Assembly: GCF_014698145.1 (NCBI RefSeq)
Contig: NZ_JACJSM010000001.1
Span: forward strand, 88,633-152,632
DNA length: 64,000 bases
From: Oscillatoria sp. FACHB-1406
GTDB lineage: Bacteria > Cyanobacteriota > Cyanobacteriia > Cyanobacteriales > Spirulinaceae
Direction: 5' to 3'
The notes beneath the pieces are model-generated. The model saw nothing but the letters and a program-made list of their open reading frames with translations, was not told the DNA's origin and ran no database searches. Position numbers and translations under genes: made by a program. Positions 8,727 to 17,671 of this stretch are shown in pieces (within the stretch, counting starts at the first letter, position 1; each line of letters opens with the position of its first letter).

Positions 8727-10916
8727 ATGGAATTTTTCGAGAGCGAAAGGTTTAGCGAGATTGTTAGTCGGTGTAAGCATAGCGCGATCGGTAAGCATTT
8801 AGCCAGCGCTCTCTACGTTCATGTAAGCGCCCTTCCCGCGATCGATTTATGCTTGCAGGATTACGAAAAACTCGCTCGCAGCGCTACTGAAGGAGTGCCT
8901 AGCGCTACTCTAGTTAAATTTAACCTCGAGAAACCGACGCTCTCTTATCTTTTTTATCCTGACTTCGATCGCGATCCGCATCCCGCCCTACACGCCAGCA
9001 TTCAAGTCAATTTATTAACTTTAACGGCAACCAGGCGAGATTACAGCACTGTATCCAATTCTCCCATTTTGCATCGCAAAGAAACTTTTGTTTTACCCGA
9101 TTATCCTCACTACGCTCAATTTGCAGAACTGACACGCCAGGAAGAAGCATTAGGATTGCTTGCCAACGCTCGTTTTATTGGCACGCGCCGTCAATGGTTG
9201 CAACGGTTAGCCTTTCATGAAGTCGAAATTATCGACCATCAAGTTATTCAAAATTCAAAATCAACAGATCGAAATGAACAAGATATAGAAGTCATTCAAA
9301 ATTTAATTGTTGAAATTCAAAGCGATCTAGAAGATAGAAGGGAAATTCAAAATGAGGGAATTATAGAAGAAAAAGTCGAACCTTCTGTTACTCTTATTGT
9401 ACCGCCGGTTGAAATTGCGCGCCATCGAGCAGCAATTGCGCGCAAACAGTTATCGCGTCCGACGCGAGTTGTACTAGAAGCGGGATTGTTTGAAGAAGGA
9501 ACGACGTTTTTTGATTATGGATGTGGGTACGGTTGGGATTGCGATCGCATCGCCGAACAAGGCTATACTAGCTCCGGCTGGGATCCCTACTATCGCCCCA
9601 ACGTACCGAAAGTTGCGGCAGATATCGTTAATTTAAGCTACATTATCAACGTTATTGAAGACCCAAGCGAACGTAGAGAAGCGTTAATTAATGCTTGGGA
9701 ATTAACCCAAAAAGTGTTAGTAGTCGCCGCGCAAGTTCTCATCCAAGATTCGTTTAGCGGACAAATTGCCTATGGCGATGGAATTATCACGCGGCGCAAT
9801 ACTTTTCAGAAATATTACGAACAGGAAGAACTAAAATTTTATATCGATCGCGTCCTCGAAGTCGATGCAATTCCGGTGGAGTTAGGGATTTACTTTGTCT
9901 TTCGCGATGCGACGCAAGCGGAAGCTTTTCGCGCTTCCCGATTTCGTTCCCGCGCGACAACACCGCGCATTCGCAAACAAGTCCGTCGCTTTGAAGACTA
10001 CGAAGTCATGCTAGCCCCGCTGATGGCGTTTGTAACGGAACGAGGACGATTGCCGGTTAAAGGGGAATTAATACAAGAAGCGGAGATTTGGCGCGAATTT
10101 GGCAGCCATCGCCGCGCTTTTGATTTAGTGTTGCAAGCGACAGAGGAATCGGAATGGAGCGCGATCGCAGAAAAACGCCGCCAAGACCTTAAAGTTTATT
10201 TAGCGCTTTCTCATTTTGGCAAGCGTCCGAAAGCGAGCGAACTCTCGCCACCCGTAAAAGAAGATTTCAAAGCGTTATTTGGCAGTTACAAACAAGCCTG
10301 TTTGCTTGCAGATTTAATGTTATTTAGCCTTGGCGACTTGCAAAACATTACCGATATTTGTCGAACGAGTCCGGTGGGTAAAAAATTAACAAAAAGTTTT
10401 ACCGTTCATTTCAGCGCTTTAGAAACGCTTGACCCACTTTTGCGGTTGTATGAAGGCTGCGCCAGTCGCACTTTTGGGCGTTTAGAATCAGTGACATTAG
10501 TTAGATTCCATCTCGATCGCCCGCAAATTTCCTACTTATTTTATCCCGATTTCGATCGCGACCCTCATCCCGCCCTAACAACCAGTATGCACGTTGCGCT
10601 CCAAGACCTCCAAGTTTTTTACCAAGAGTACGACGAAGACAATCCGCCCCTCCTCCATGAAAAAGATTTATTCGTTCTGCCCGACTACCCCAACGCCGAA
10701 AAATTCGCAAAATTAACCCAACAAGAGAAAGATTGGGGTTTGCTGGATGACTATCGCGCCATTCGATCGCGTCGCGGCTGGTTGAAGTGTTTGGAAGACC
10801 ATTCTGCGATTCTAAAAAATCACCAATTAACGCGCTGTAAAGATGCCGACCCGTATAAATTAAAACTGTTGCGTGCAGCCGTTAGAACTCGTCAAAAAAA
10901 GCGAAGCCAAACCTAA
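8727..10916 (+). CDS. large class-I SAM-dependent methyltransferase-like protein with an internally duplicated ~100-aa flanking domain; possibly related to the 'DNA phosphorothioation-associated putative methyltransferase' family
   Basis: 729 aa. A central Rossmann MTase core carries motif I FFDYGCGYGWD, post-I SSGWDPYY and motif II ADIVNLSYIINVIED. Residues ~60-165 (LVKFNLEKPTLSYLFYPDFDRDPHPAL...HRKETFVLPDYPHYAQFAELTRQEEALGLL...RRQWLQRL) are repeated at ~565-670 (LVRFHLDRPQISYLFYPDFDRDPHPAL...HEKDLFVLPDYPNAEKFAKLTQQEKDWGLL...RRGWLKCL). The family assignment rests on recollection, not a search. Confidence 0.6.
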   Translation: MEFFESERFSEIVSRCKHSAIGKHLASALYVHVSALPAIDLCLQDYEKLARSATEGVPSATLVKFNLEKPTLSYLFYPDFDRDPHPALHASIQVNLLTLTATRRDYSTVSNSPILHRKETFVLPDYPHYAQFAELTRQEEALGLLANARFIGTRRQWLQRLAFHEVEIIDHQVIQNSKSTDRNEQDIEVIQNLIVEIQSDLEDRREIQNEGIIEEKVEPSVTLIVPPVEIARHRAAIARKQLSRPTRVVLEAGLFEEGTTFFDYGCGYGWDCDRIAEQGYTSSGWDPYYRPNVPKVAADIVNLSYIINVIEDPSERREALINAWELTQKVLVVAAQVLIQDSFSGQIAYGDGIITRRNTFQKYYEQEELKFYIDRVLEVDAIPVELGIYFVFRDATQAEAFRASRFRSRATTPRIRKQVRRFEDYEVMLAPLMAFVTERGRLPVKGELIQEAEIWREFGSHRRAFDLVLQATEESEWSAIAEKRRQDLKVYLALSHFGKRPKASELSPPVKEDFKALFGSYKQACLLADLMLFSLGDLQNITDICRTSPVGKKLTKSFTVHFSALETLDPLLRLYEGCASRTFGRLESVTLVRFHLDRPQISYLFYPDFDRDPHPALTTSMHVALQDLQVFYQEYDEDNPPLLHEKDLFVLPDYPNAEKFAKLTQQEKDWGLLDDYRAIRSRRGWLKCLEDHSAILKNHQLTRCKDADPYKLKLLRAAVRTRQKKRSQT

Positions 10917-10939
10917 AAATTGTTTGAAAGCTCATTAGC

Positions 10940-11118
10940 GTCAACTTAAGGTGAAACACTTAGCCCGCCAGGAACTCAAGTTCCTGCCCGATCGCTGAAA
11001 CCCGTTGAAACGGGTTAAATACATTTGAATTTCCCAGTCCTATAAAGAGGACTTGAGTTATTAGCCTTGGGTTTGAACCCAAGGCGGGCTAGGTGAGCAG
11101 GTTTAAGCTTAAGTTGAC
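10940..11118. repeat. ~180-bp element bounded by inverted repeats (GTCAACTTAAG...CTTAAGTTGAC and TTAGCCCGCC...GGCGGGCTAG), enclosing four perfect 18-20-bp hairpins
   Basis: Hairpins CAGGAACTCAAGTTCCTG (10969..10986), AACCCGTTGAAACGGGTT (10999..11016), AGTCCTATAAAGAGGACT (11036..11053) and CCTTGGGTTTGAACCCAAGG (11066..11085). The element sits in the spacer between the convergent MTase-like gene and amt. Confidence 0.6.
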
Positions 11119-11213
11119 ACCAATGAACATTGTTATGCCCTCTTCGGGAATCGTGAAAAATTAATGAGAATTGGTATAAGAACGGTATCAGTCCGCTCGT
11201 TATCCATTGTCAA

Positions 11214-12626
11214 TTACTCGACAGTTTCTCGCTTGCTGGCATAGGCAGAGGAACCGCCCAAGAAATCTTCCTCGCTATATCCTTCTTCTCCGTGAACGGG
11301 AACGTCAATCCCTTGCGTTTCAACTTCAGGATGGACGCGCAAGGGCATAATAGCTCCTAAAATTTTGAGTAGAACGAACGTGCCGACTGCTGCAAAAATG
11401 TAGGTCGCTGCAACCCCAACAAATTGCTCCCAAACCTGTACGGGATTGCCAAAGAATAAGCCATTATCGCCAAATTCATTGACGGCTTTAGTGGCAAACA
11501 AACCCGTCAACATCGCACCTACTGTTCCGCCAACGCCGTGAACGGGATAGGTATCGAGGGAGTCGTCGAACCGAAGTTTGGCGCGCCAACTGACGGCGTA
11601 GAAGCAGCAAACAGCCGTAATCGAACCAATCATAATCGCACCGATGGGAGTCACGAAACCAGCAGCGGGCGTTACGCCAACGAGTCCGGCAAGAAATCCG
11701 CTGGCGATGCCAATGGCGGTTGGTTTGCCGCGCAGCACCCATTCTAAAAGAACCCAGGTCAGTCCTCCAGCAGCAGTCGCGACGAGGGTAGCGACGAAGG
11801 CAACAGTTGCTAGCGCGCCCGCCCCTAATGCACTACCCGCATTAAAGCCGAACCAACCGAACCAAAGCAACCCGATTCCGAGAAGGACAAAGGGGACGTT
11901 ATGGGGCGGCGTTTGGCGATCTGGAAAGGTGCGACGCGGCCCTAAAACCCAAGCGGCGACAACGGCAGAAACCCCCGAACTGATATGAACGACGGTTCCT
12001 CCGGCGAAGTCTAACGCGCCGAAACTGCCAATCCAACCTTTACCCCAAACCCAGTGGGCGAGGGGGGAATAGATGAAGGTTGACCACAGCAAAACGAACC
12101 AAAAATAAGCTTTAAAGCTCATACGTTCGACGATTGCGCCGGAGATGAGTGCGGGGGTGATGATGGCGAACATAAGCTGGTACGCCATGAACACTTCGTG
12201 GGGGATGGTGGGCGCGTAGCCGACGGGATCGGGCGCATCGAAGGCTACACCGTTCAGGAAAAGCCAATTCAAGCTACCGATGAAGGGATTGGCGGTGAAG
12301 GCGGGATCTGCTCCAGGAGTGATGGAGGTGGGGGCAAAGGCGAGGCTGTAACCCCAGAAGACCCAAGTTACGCCGACGATAGCCATTAGAATGAGGCTCA
12401 TCATCATGGTATTGAGGACATTGCGCGATCGCACCAATCCGCCGTAGAAAAAGGCTAAGCCGGGAGTCATCAACAACACCAACGCTGAAGAGACGAGCAT
12501 AAAGGCCGTATCGCCCGTATCGATTTTTGGGGCAGCGGCGGCAGCCTCCTGGGCCCAAGCCGCTTCAGTAAACGGCCCGCCCATTAGTCCGAGGGCAAGC
12601 AGCAAAACGATTAAAATTTTTGCCAT
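11214..12626 (-). CDS. amt: ammonium transporter (Amt/MEP family) with cleavable signal peptide
   Basis: Amt-family TM protein (DFAGGTVVHISSGVSAVVAAWVLGPRR..., WFGWFGFNAGSA). The ORF track starts at 12677 (MTPAYFFNL...). The internal ATG at 12626 (MAKILIVLLLALGLMGG...AWAQEAAAA) gives the signal peptide typical of cyanobacterial Amt1 and is preferred. The longer form is not excluded. Confidence 0.85.
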   Translation of the reverse strand: MAKILIVLLLALGLMGGPFTEAAWAQEAAAAAPKIDTGDTAFMLVSSALVLLMTPGLAFFYGGLVRSRNVLNTMMMSLILMAIVGVTWVFWGYSLAFAPTSITPGADPAFTANPFIGSLNWLFLNGVAFDAPDPVGYAPTIPHEVFMAYQLMFAIITPALISGAIVERMSFKAYFWFVLLWSTFIYSPLAHWVWGKGWIGSFGALDFAGGTVVHISSGVSAVVAAWVLGPRRTFPDRQTPPHNVPFVLLGIGLLWFGWFGFNAGSALGAGALATVAFVATLVATAAGGLTWVLLEWVLRGKPTAIGIASGFLAGLVGVTPAAGFVTPIGAIMIGSITAVCCFYAVSWRAKLRFDDSLDTYPVHGVGGTVGAMLTGLFATKAVNEFGDNGLFFGNPVQVWEQFVGVAATYIFAAVGTFVLLKILGAIMPLRVHPEVETQGIDVPVHGEEGYSEEDFLGGSSAYASKRETVE

Positions 12627-12920
12627 ACAATTGTTCTTCTTTGTCGATCTGAGATTAAAAAAGTAGGCAGGTGTCAATAACCCTGCAACAGCCCGCAGTA
12701 ACCTTCCAGCACGAGCCCCCCCGCGCGACTCCTGCGGGTTTCATCGTTCGTAACGAGTTACGGTATATTGAGAAATTTTGGAGGATTTTGATAGGTGCAG
12801 CGCGTAAAATCAATACGCGAGAACACTAACGCTCTTCCTCGCGCTGAAAACTTTATTGATGTCAGCCGCTAGCTAGGCCAACTTCAAGAGTCATTCCATC
12901 AATTCCTGCAAGGCAATTCT

Positions 12921-12934
12921 GTATCTTAGGATAC
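12921..12934. promoter_or_regulatory. candidate NtcA binding site GTATCTTAGGATAC (GTA-N8-TAC) within the palindrome tGTATCTTAGGATACa, in the amt upstream region
   Basis: Perfect match to the NtcA consensus GTAN8TAC. amt1 is a canonical NtcA target in cyanobacteria. A TAN3T -10 box at the canonical 22-nt spacing is not obvious on either strand. Confidence 0.4.
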
Positions 12935-13098
12935 AGTTAGGCTTTTCTTAAGCTTGCAAGGGTGGAATTCTTCCGCGCTCGAATGTTGCGAAATATTTAA
13001 TATTGCAGCGAAATGATATAAGGGTAACGATGAGTGTGATAACTTCTATTGATGTTAAATAAAGTTTAGCGGTCTCGAAGATTAAGGAGGGGAATACC

Positions 13099-13317
13099 TT
13101 GAATTTACAGCCTTCTCAACCGATGGATTCGTTCTCGCGCGAAGATATTAGCGAGTATGTTGCAGAGCTTCAACTCCACATGACGCTGCACGCTCGCCAT
13201 TTGCTGCCTAACTTGAGTGAAGTCTGCGACAGCCGCCAACAAATGTTGCAGGAAACTCAAGCCTACGCGGAAAAGTTAGTTTCCCGCCAGTCAGTTTTAG
13301 GTTTTCGTTCTCTGTAA
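13099..13317 (+). CDS. small hypothetical protein (72 aa) with strong Shine-Dalgarno AAGGAGG 8 nt upstream of a TTG start
   Basis: ORF preceded by ttaAGGAGGggaatacc. No recognisable domain. Confidence 0.3.
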   Translation: MNLQPSQPMDSFSREDISEYVAELQLHMTLHARHLLPNLSEVCDSRQQMLQETQAYAEKLVSRQSVLGFRSL

Positions 13318-13349
13318 TATCGATCGCTCAAAGTTGTAGCGATCGCGTT

Positions 13350-14957
13350 CTACTCGTTTTCATCGGTAAGTCCGAGGGAACGAGTAGTTTCACTGTTTAA
13401 TTTTTCCTTGACAGTTTGCAAGATTTGTGCTTCCTCCGGAGTGATTTGGCTGTCGAGATCGGCGATTTTTTGGCATTGTGCTAAGAGCGGTACGGCAAAA
13501 TCGGGATTCACTTGCTCCAGCAACGCTTCGAGGTCGGCGGGCGCGTCTAAATGGGCGGTAATAGTTTCGAGGGAGGCGGGCGCAAAATTAGCAGCTTGCA
13601 AGGCAGCTAAAACTTCCTCGCGACTGAGATTGGGGTTGCCCGTGCGGACGAGATGAGCGAGGATGCGATCCATAAGAGTTTGTTGGGCGATCGCGTCTTC
13701 AACGTAATCATTACTTTCTTCCTTCGCTTGCTCCAAAGCCTCCGGTAGTGGCTTATTAGAATTCAGCTTCGCTTCGTAAAACCGACAAGCGCCGTAGCCC
13801 AGAGCATACACCATCGCAGCATTGCTCCCCGCCCCGATAACGGCTCCCGCGATCGGCACGTTTCGCAACAACGCTTCCAAACCCAGATTCAGAGCGCGAT
13901 TGCTACCTAAAGATAAACCGAAGATTGCCAAAACTTCCGCCTTTCGCTCCGGATCCTCTAAATCCAACCCGTACAAACCGGCGATTTGATAGACCATTTC
14001 TGCTTGCAGAAGCGTGGTTGAAGCCACGTCAATCGCTAACATCGGTACGACAGCACCGGGCAATAAGCTGGTTGCCAAACCCGAACCGCCAGCGAGCATC
14101 GCCTTTTGTAACATTACACGATGCGCGATCGCGCGCGGGCTTTCGTTCGGATACTGCTGCTTTAACTGCTCGACTTCGGCTTGCGCCTTCACCGCATCCA
14201 CTTCGTCAAGCAGCGCGATTAACCAATCGGCTTTAAACGCTTTCGCGAGTTGCTTCAAACCGGGAGTATTATCAATCGCTGCTAAAAGCTGTCCCGTTCC
14301 TCCCGCCAGCTTCCCCGCCGTGCCGCCGAGCGCGCTAGCCGCTCCTTTCATCGCACCGCCCGCTTTCGCCGCCGTCGTTCCCAGCGCCCCGCCAACGGTT
14401 TCTCCCGCACGTCCTGCCGCCGAACCGACAGCACCCGCCACGCCTGCAACGGTTTCTCCCGCGCGTCCAGCGGCATCTTTAGCCGTTTCGCCCGCGCGTC
14501 CTGCCGCCGAACCGACAGCCCCCGCTACGCCTGCAACGGTTTCTCCCGCACGTCCAGCGGCATCTTTAGCCGCTTCCCCCGCGCGTCCGGCCGCCGAACC
14601 GACAGCCCCCGCAATCGCGCCCAGCCACCCGGATTTCGAGGGTGTGTTTTGCTTGGGCTGTTTTCCCTCAGCGATCGCAAATTCCTCTTCCCAATCCGGA
14701 AACTCATCGCCGCTCTTTTTAGCGTAGACTTTCACCTGGCGAATTTGGGTCAGCGCTAAATCCTGGAGTGCTTGACGGAGCGGCGGGAGAAGCGAACGTT
14801 CTGGAGTGCTTTCCCCAGAAAGCATCACTTGCAACAGGGCTTTCTCAACCGAGACTTTAACGGTCAGTTGTTCGGAAGCTAAGGCTTGCTGGAGGAAAGA
14901 TGCGATCGCGTTAGGATCGCCTTCTCGAGCCGCTTCGATCGGGTTGATTGGATTCAT
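13350..14957 (-). CDS. hypothetical protein with three tandem 25-aa Ala/Gly-rich repeats, a hydrophobic DUF697-like region and a C-terminal TerB-like tail
   Basis: 535 aa. Repeats are (GAVGSAAGRAGE[A/T]AKDAAGRAGETVAGVA)x3. A central hydrophobic region (LLPGAVVPMLAIDVASTTLLQAEMVYQIAGLYGLDLEDPERKAEVLAIFGLSLG...) is present. The DUF697/TerB assignments are recollections. Confidence 0.6.
   Translation of the reverse strand: MNPINPIEAAREGDPNAIASFLQQALASEQLTVKVSVEKALLQVMLSGESTPERSLLPPLRQALQDLALTQIRQVKVYAKKSGDEFPDWEEEFAIAEGKQPKQNTPSKSGWLGAIAGAVGSAAGRAGEAAKDAAGRAGETVAGVAGAVGSAAGRAGETAKDAAGRAGETVAGVAGAVGSAAGRAGETVGGALGTTAAKAGGAMKGAASALGGTAGKLAGGTGQLLAAIDNTPGLKQLAKAFKADWLIALLDEVDAVKAQAEVEQLKQQYPNESPRAIAHRVMLQKAMLAGGSGLATSLLPGAVVPMLAIDVASTTLLQAEMVYQIAGLYGLDLEDPERKAEVLAIFGLSLGSNRALNLGLEALLRNVPIAGAVIGAGSNAAMVYALGYGACRFYEAKLNSNKPLPEALEQAKEESNDYVEDAIAQQTLMDRILAHLVRTGNPNLSREEVLAALQAANFAPASLETITAHLDAPADLEALLEQVNPDFAVPLLAQCQKIADLDSQITPEEAQILQTVKEKLNSETTRSLGLTDENE
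14382..14621. repeat. in-frame tandem repeat, 75-bp period, ~3.2 copies, inside CDS 13350..14957
   Basis: The DNA repeats ...gcacgtccagcggcatctttagccg(t/c)ttc(g/c)cccgcgcgtcc(t/g)gccgccgaaccgacagcccccgc(t/a)a(c/t)... This corresponds to the 25-aa protein repeat. Confidence 0.75.
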
Positions 14958-15000
14958 TGCTTTGACAAGCGATCGCTGAATAATTTCGATATTTTAAAAG

Positions 15001-15085
15001 AATGGACAATTGACAATGGGCATTAATTGGCAATTATCAATTATTACAATCGTTGTCCATTGTCAATTATCAATTATCCATTATG
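15001..15085. repeat. AT-rich palindromic intergenic element built from GGACAATTGACAAT / TTGTCCATTGTCAATTATCAATTAT units (genome-specific repeat family)
   Basis: Inverted arms aatGGACAATTGACAATggg ... cgTTGTCCATTGTCAATTATCaattatccatta. Related copies at 16780..16950, 34001..34190, 37425..37465, 58321..58463 and 63070..63108. Confidence 0.6.
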
Positions 15086-16666
15086 ACAAGAGGCTTTCAG
15101 CGTACTGGGAGCGGCAAAGTTACCTTCTAAGCGAATATTGCGATCGTTAGCGTGGAGATGGCGCAGAATTAAGTAGATCGATTCGACGCGATCGCTCGCC
15201 CCAATTTTATCGGCTAATTCTGCCACAGAAAGCGGAGCCGCAGTCTCCTGTAAAGTTTCAACGACTTGTCGCTGCAACTCCAACACTGAAGCGGCAGCCT
15301 TTTTACCCGCTTCCACTCCCGGTTGGTGGTAAGCATTAATATTAATCAAACTGGCATACAGGGTAACAGTCCGCTCGTACAGCGCGATTAACGCGCCCAC
15401 TGTCCGCGCGTTAACCTCGGGAATGGTAACGACAATGGAATCGCGATGATTTTCATACAACGCTTGGCGCGTTCCTTGCAGCAAACCAGAGAGATAATCT
15501 CCCGAAGTTACGCCCTCCTCAACTTCTACCGATGCGCCTTGACGATCTTTCAGCACTTCAATAAAGGTCAGGAAAAAGTTCGGCACGCCCTCGCGCAGTT
15601 GTTGCACGTAAGCGTGTTGGTCGGTGCTGCCTTTATTGCCATAAACGGCAATCCCTTGATAGACAGTATTGCCGTCGAGATCTTTTTCTTTTCCGAGCGA
15701 TTCCATCACCAATTGTTGTAGGTAGCGACTGAACAACAACAAGCTATCTTTGTAAGGCAAAACAACCATATCTTTTTCGCCTTTACCGTTACCCGCGTAA
15801 TACCAAGAAAGGGCGAGAAGGGCGGCGGGATTGGTTTTGAGATCGGGGCGGCGAGTAGTTGCGTCCATCGCTTTTGCCCCTTCGAGGAGTGCGCGAATAT
15901 CGATTCCTTGGAGGGCAGCATTAACTAACCCCACAGCCGATAATTCTGAGGTGCGCCCTCCTACCCAATCTTCCATCGGAAAGGTGGAAAGCCAACCTTC
16001 AGATTTTGCGAGTCGGTCGAGTTGAGAATCAGTGCCGGTAATCGCGATCGCGCGGGCGGGGAAATTGAGTTCGCGGGCTGAAAAAGCTGCTTTCGCCTCT
16101 AGCATTCCGTTGCGTGTTTCCGGCGTACCGCCCGACTTAGAAATAACGACGACGAGGGTGGTGCTGAGGCGATCGCCAATTTGCGCGATCGCTTTGTCGA
16201 AGCCTTCCGGGTCGGTATTATCGCTAAAATGTAGTGTCAGGGGCGCATCGATGGGGGCAAGCGCTTCCGAGACGAATTGCGGCCCCAAGGCCGAACCGCC
16301 AATGCCAATCGAAAGAATATCGGTAAACTTGCTGGCATCGGGAGGGTGAATCTCGCCGCTATGGATTTGACGGGCAAACGTTTCGATTTTTTCGAGGGTT
16401 GCAACGATATCTTGTTTTAATTCCGGCGTGGGTGCTAGATCCGGATCGCGCAGCCAATAGTGACCGACCATGCGGTTTTCATCCGGATTCGCGATCGCAC
16501 CGCCTTCGAGGGCTTCAATATCCCGAAAAGCTTTCGCTAAGCGCGATCGCATCTGTTCGACAAACCCACTCTCGAAGCGCATTCGGCTGATATCGAGGTA
16601 AAATCCTAAGTTTTCGTCGTAGTACAGCCACTCTTGATAGCGCTGCCATAATGCCGCATTATCCAT
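15074..16666 (-). CDS. pgi: glucose-6-phosphate isomerase
   Basis: 530 aa with the PGI family signature along its full length ([23 protein letters not shown], cyanobacterial-type Pgi). Confidence 0.9.
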   Translation of the reverse strand: MDNAALWQRYQEWLYYDENLGFYLDISRMRFESGFVEQMRSRLAKAFRDIEALEGGAIANPDENRMVGHYWLRDPDLAPTPELKQDIVATLEKIETFARQIHSGEIHPPDASKFTDILSIGIGGSALGPQFVSEALAPIDAPLTLHFSDNTDPEGFDKAIAQIGDRLSTTLVVVISKSGGTPETRNGMLEAKAAFSARELNFPARAIAITGTDSQLDRLAKSEGWLSTFPMEDWVGGRTSELSAVGLVNAALQGIDIRALLEGAKAMDATTRRPDLKTNPAALLALSWYYAGNGKGEKDMVVLPYKDSLLLFSRYLQQLVMESLGKEKDLDGNTVYQGIAVYGNKGSTDQHAYVQQLREGVPNFFLTFIEVLKDRQGASVEVEEGVTSGDYLSGLLQGTRQALYENHRDSIVVTIPEVNARTVGALIALYERTVTLYASLININAYHQPGVEAGKKAAASVLELQRQVVETLQETAAPLSVAELADKIGASDRVESIYLILRHLHANDRNIRLEGNFAAPSTLKASCHNG

Positions 16667-17001
16667 AAAATGATTTCATTCCGCTCAACCATTGCCTAGT
16701 GTACGCGAGCGCCTCCCCGCTTCTGAATTTGTAGATCGATAAATTTACACTTTGGGCGACGGAAGTCAGAGATAATTGACAATAGCAACTGATAATTGAG
16801 AATTTTGAATTGCGAGCGTAAGGGACTGATAGGTTTCTTCCGATTGTGCGATCGCGCTTTTAAATTTCCCCAAAGGTAATCGAGGGAGAAACTTGGTAGA
16901 ACTGCTTACTCTCCATTAATAACTAATAACTGATAACTATTAACTGCAAAGCAATAGAGTACAGTAGGTACTATACCTTCAAGGACAGGTGTGCCTTAAT
17001 T

Positions 17002-17391
17002 ATGCAAGATCGAGAACTGCCAAAAAAACCCGACTCGCTCTTCTCGCTATCGCAAGAAGATCTCGAAGTGGAAGAAGCCTCCGCGCCGCAACCCGCGCCG
17101 CAACCCGCGCCCGAACTCCATCACGATACTCGACAATTTTCCGGGGAAGCCGTGGTTGATGAAGAAATTCGCCCCCAAGAAAGAGGGCGAGTTTACTTCC
17201 GCTCGAGTTGGTGGTTTGCTCGGTGTAATAGCGATATTACCCTTCCTCCCGGCGCTCGGGTTGAGGTGATGGGTTTAGAGACGGAAAACATGACTTTATT
17301 AGTCGTTCCTTACGGCGAAAAAAAGGAACCAGTTGAACCCATTATCCTAGAGCCAGACTCGATCTTATCACCGGAGCAAGAGCCGAATTAA
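17002..17391 (+). CDS. hypothetical protein (129 aa), acidic/Pro-rich N-terminus
   Basis: ORF only. No confident domain. Confidence 0.35.
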   Translation: MQDRELPKKPDSLFSLSQEDLEVEEASAPQPAPQPAPELHHDTRQFSGEAVVDEEIRPQERGRVYFRSSWWFARCNSDITLPPGARVEVMGLETENMTLLVVPYGEKKEPVEPIILEPDSILSPEQEPN

Positions 17392-17671
17392 TCGAGATTT
17401 ACTCCTTAAGAACTACAATTAACAATTGAAGAAAAGCTTAAATTGAATTCAAAGTTTTCTTCGATTGTCAACTGTACCCATATTCGCTAAAGCCTAGCAG
17501 GAGTAAGCTTTAGCGAAACTCATAGTATTTGGCTGTAGGTAAATCTGGGAATGCTGGCTCGGATGAAAGTTAAAATCTTACCCGAAAAGTAAAGACATTT
17601 CATGAATTACCCGGATAGGATAGATAGGTCATGAAATATTTTTACGGCTAGGCTATTAAAGACCTAACTTA

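Noticed and set aside
9579-9590. DPYY in the MTase-like protein as an N6-adenine DNA-methyltransferase motif IV (DPPY)
   Set aside because: It lies only ~25 aa after motif I, unlike alpha/gamma-class DNA MTase spacing. It more likely belongs to the post-I acidic loop of a generic class-I MTase.
12748-12759. GTAACGAGTTAC palindrome upstream of amt as an NtcA site
   Set aside because: The spacing is GTA-N6-TAC, not N8. The perfect N8 site at 12921 is the better candidate.
14014-14727. 237-aa plus-strand ORF, Ala/Pro-rich
   Set aside because: It is the antisense shadow of the tandem-repeat region of CDS 13350..14957. The low-complexity translation comes from the repeat DNA.
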